Source: Octopus sinensis (lineage: Eukaryota). Taken from it: a DNA stretch of 64,000 nt. Under the pieces are notes generated by a model. The model did not search any database and was not told where the DNA came from. It saw only the letters and a program-made list of their open reading frames with translations. Positions 62,935 to 64,000 of this stretch are shown piece after piece (position 1 is the stretch's first letter; each line of letters starts with the position of its first letter). Where the stretch lies: the NCBI RefSeq assembly GCF_006345805.1, contig NC_043019.1:27217360-27281359 (forward strand), in the 5' to 3' direction. Made by a program: the position numbers and the translations under genes.

Positions 62935-63617
62935 TAGAAAAGGAACTCATATGGGTCCTAATACCTTGTCTTAAAATTTATTGTACTACCTATATAACTT
63001 ATCCAAACCATTCTCCTCTTTAACCATGCATTTATATACTACATTAGTCATGAGACAGAACCCCTTAAGGGGACATATGTCAGGGTCTCTACAATTGCAC
63101 AATTTACCAGATCCATCCTTAACCCTATTATTAATACTGACACTACTACCTAATTGGCTTCCTGCATTTCTTCATATATTTCACTACCAGGGCTTGATGA
63201 GACCAGTGGGAGCAAATGGTTTGTAGTACTCACTACAGGCATGTTTGAGTTAACCAGTTCTATATCAGAGGAATATTTCTTTTGCCATTGTCCATTTAAT
63301 TTGTTCCTATTAATGGACACAATAATAGAGACTAAGTTAGGCATTGCCAAATAGAACTTAATAGAAGACTTATTACAGATACTGTAATATTTATGATCCT
63401 TTGAGAAATTCTCCTTCAGAATCCTAAAGAACATCTTGGGTAAATTTCTAACTGTAAGGGAAAAAGGAAGAGCGAACCATAAAACCTCGCGTATAGACCG
63501 CAAGCTTTTTGTTTTTACTATCGCCCCACTGTCACTATCTGAATTCTGATATTTGTTCCAATATGTATGGCTAGTCGAAGACTTAACTTGATTGCATTCT
63601 AAGTTAATTGAAAACAA
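62935..63617 (-). mobile_element. Penelope-like retroelement relic: RT thumb/linker plus GIY-YIG endonuclease
   Basis: ORF 63150-63617 has LWFALPFSLTV...FFRILKENFSKDHKYYSICNKSSIKFYLAMPNLVSII, like the PLE WFNPPFS...YSCMPN region. Frameshifted continuation: CNCRDPDICPLKGFCLMTNVVYKC (CNC...CL = rc 63052-63099), then YIGSTINFKTRY (YIG = rc 62988-96) and HMSSFSNERYR. Confidence 0.85.
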
Positions 63618-63639
63618 AGGCAGTGTATCTCAACAGAAA

Positions 63640-63850
63640 TCATCATCATCATCATCATCATCATCGTTTAACGTCCGTTTTCCGCGCTAGCACGGGTTGG
63701 ACGGTTCGACCGGGGTCTGGGAAGCCAGAGGCTGCTCCAGTCTGATCTGGCAGAGTTTCTATGGCTGGATGCCCTTCCTAATGCCAACAACTCCGCGAGT
63801 GTAGTGGGTGCTGCACAGGTGCCAGGGGTGGTCCGGCATCGGCCCCAATC
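63640..63850 (-). mobile_element. SINE-like family B
   Basis: Family match. Confidence 0.82.
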
Positions 63851-64000
63851 GGTACTCAACAGAAATATGGTAACAAAAGGGTTAAAGTGATCTATACTAA
63901 AACTTCCCATCAAAATTTTGTGTTAATTTATGTTCCAACAGCCAGCTTAATGAGTTATTTTACTAAATTCTTCATGATTTTCTAAGTCAATTCAAACAAA

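Overview
AT-rich eukaryotic genomic DNA. The SINE families and (TA/TG)n density look like an octopus (coleoid cephalopod) genome; this is inferred from repeat recognition, with no database search. One host gene is supported: a + strand claudin/PMP22-like tetraspan gene with two coding exons (22145-22352, 51100-51276) that join in phase across a 28.7 kb intron. I could not find its later exons with confidence. The rest is mostly repeats: at least five SINE-like families (labelled A-F here), relics of CR1, RTE, Tx1/L1 and Penelope-like retroelements, Tc1/mariner copies, hAT-, piggyBac- and pogo-like MITEs, Helitron-like elements and microsatellites. The most notable signal is a set of nine type I hammerhead-ribozyme motifs in Penelope-like termini. 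They include one intact motif on the sense strand of intron 2, an inverted pair inside a 320-bp palindrome, and two recurring core variants (CUGUNGA, CCGAUGA). Almost all ORF-track entries are repeat or microsatellite artefacts. SINE boundaries are approximate; motif coordinates were counted by hand.
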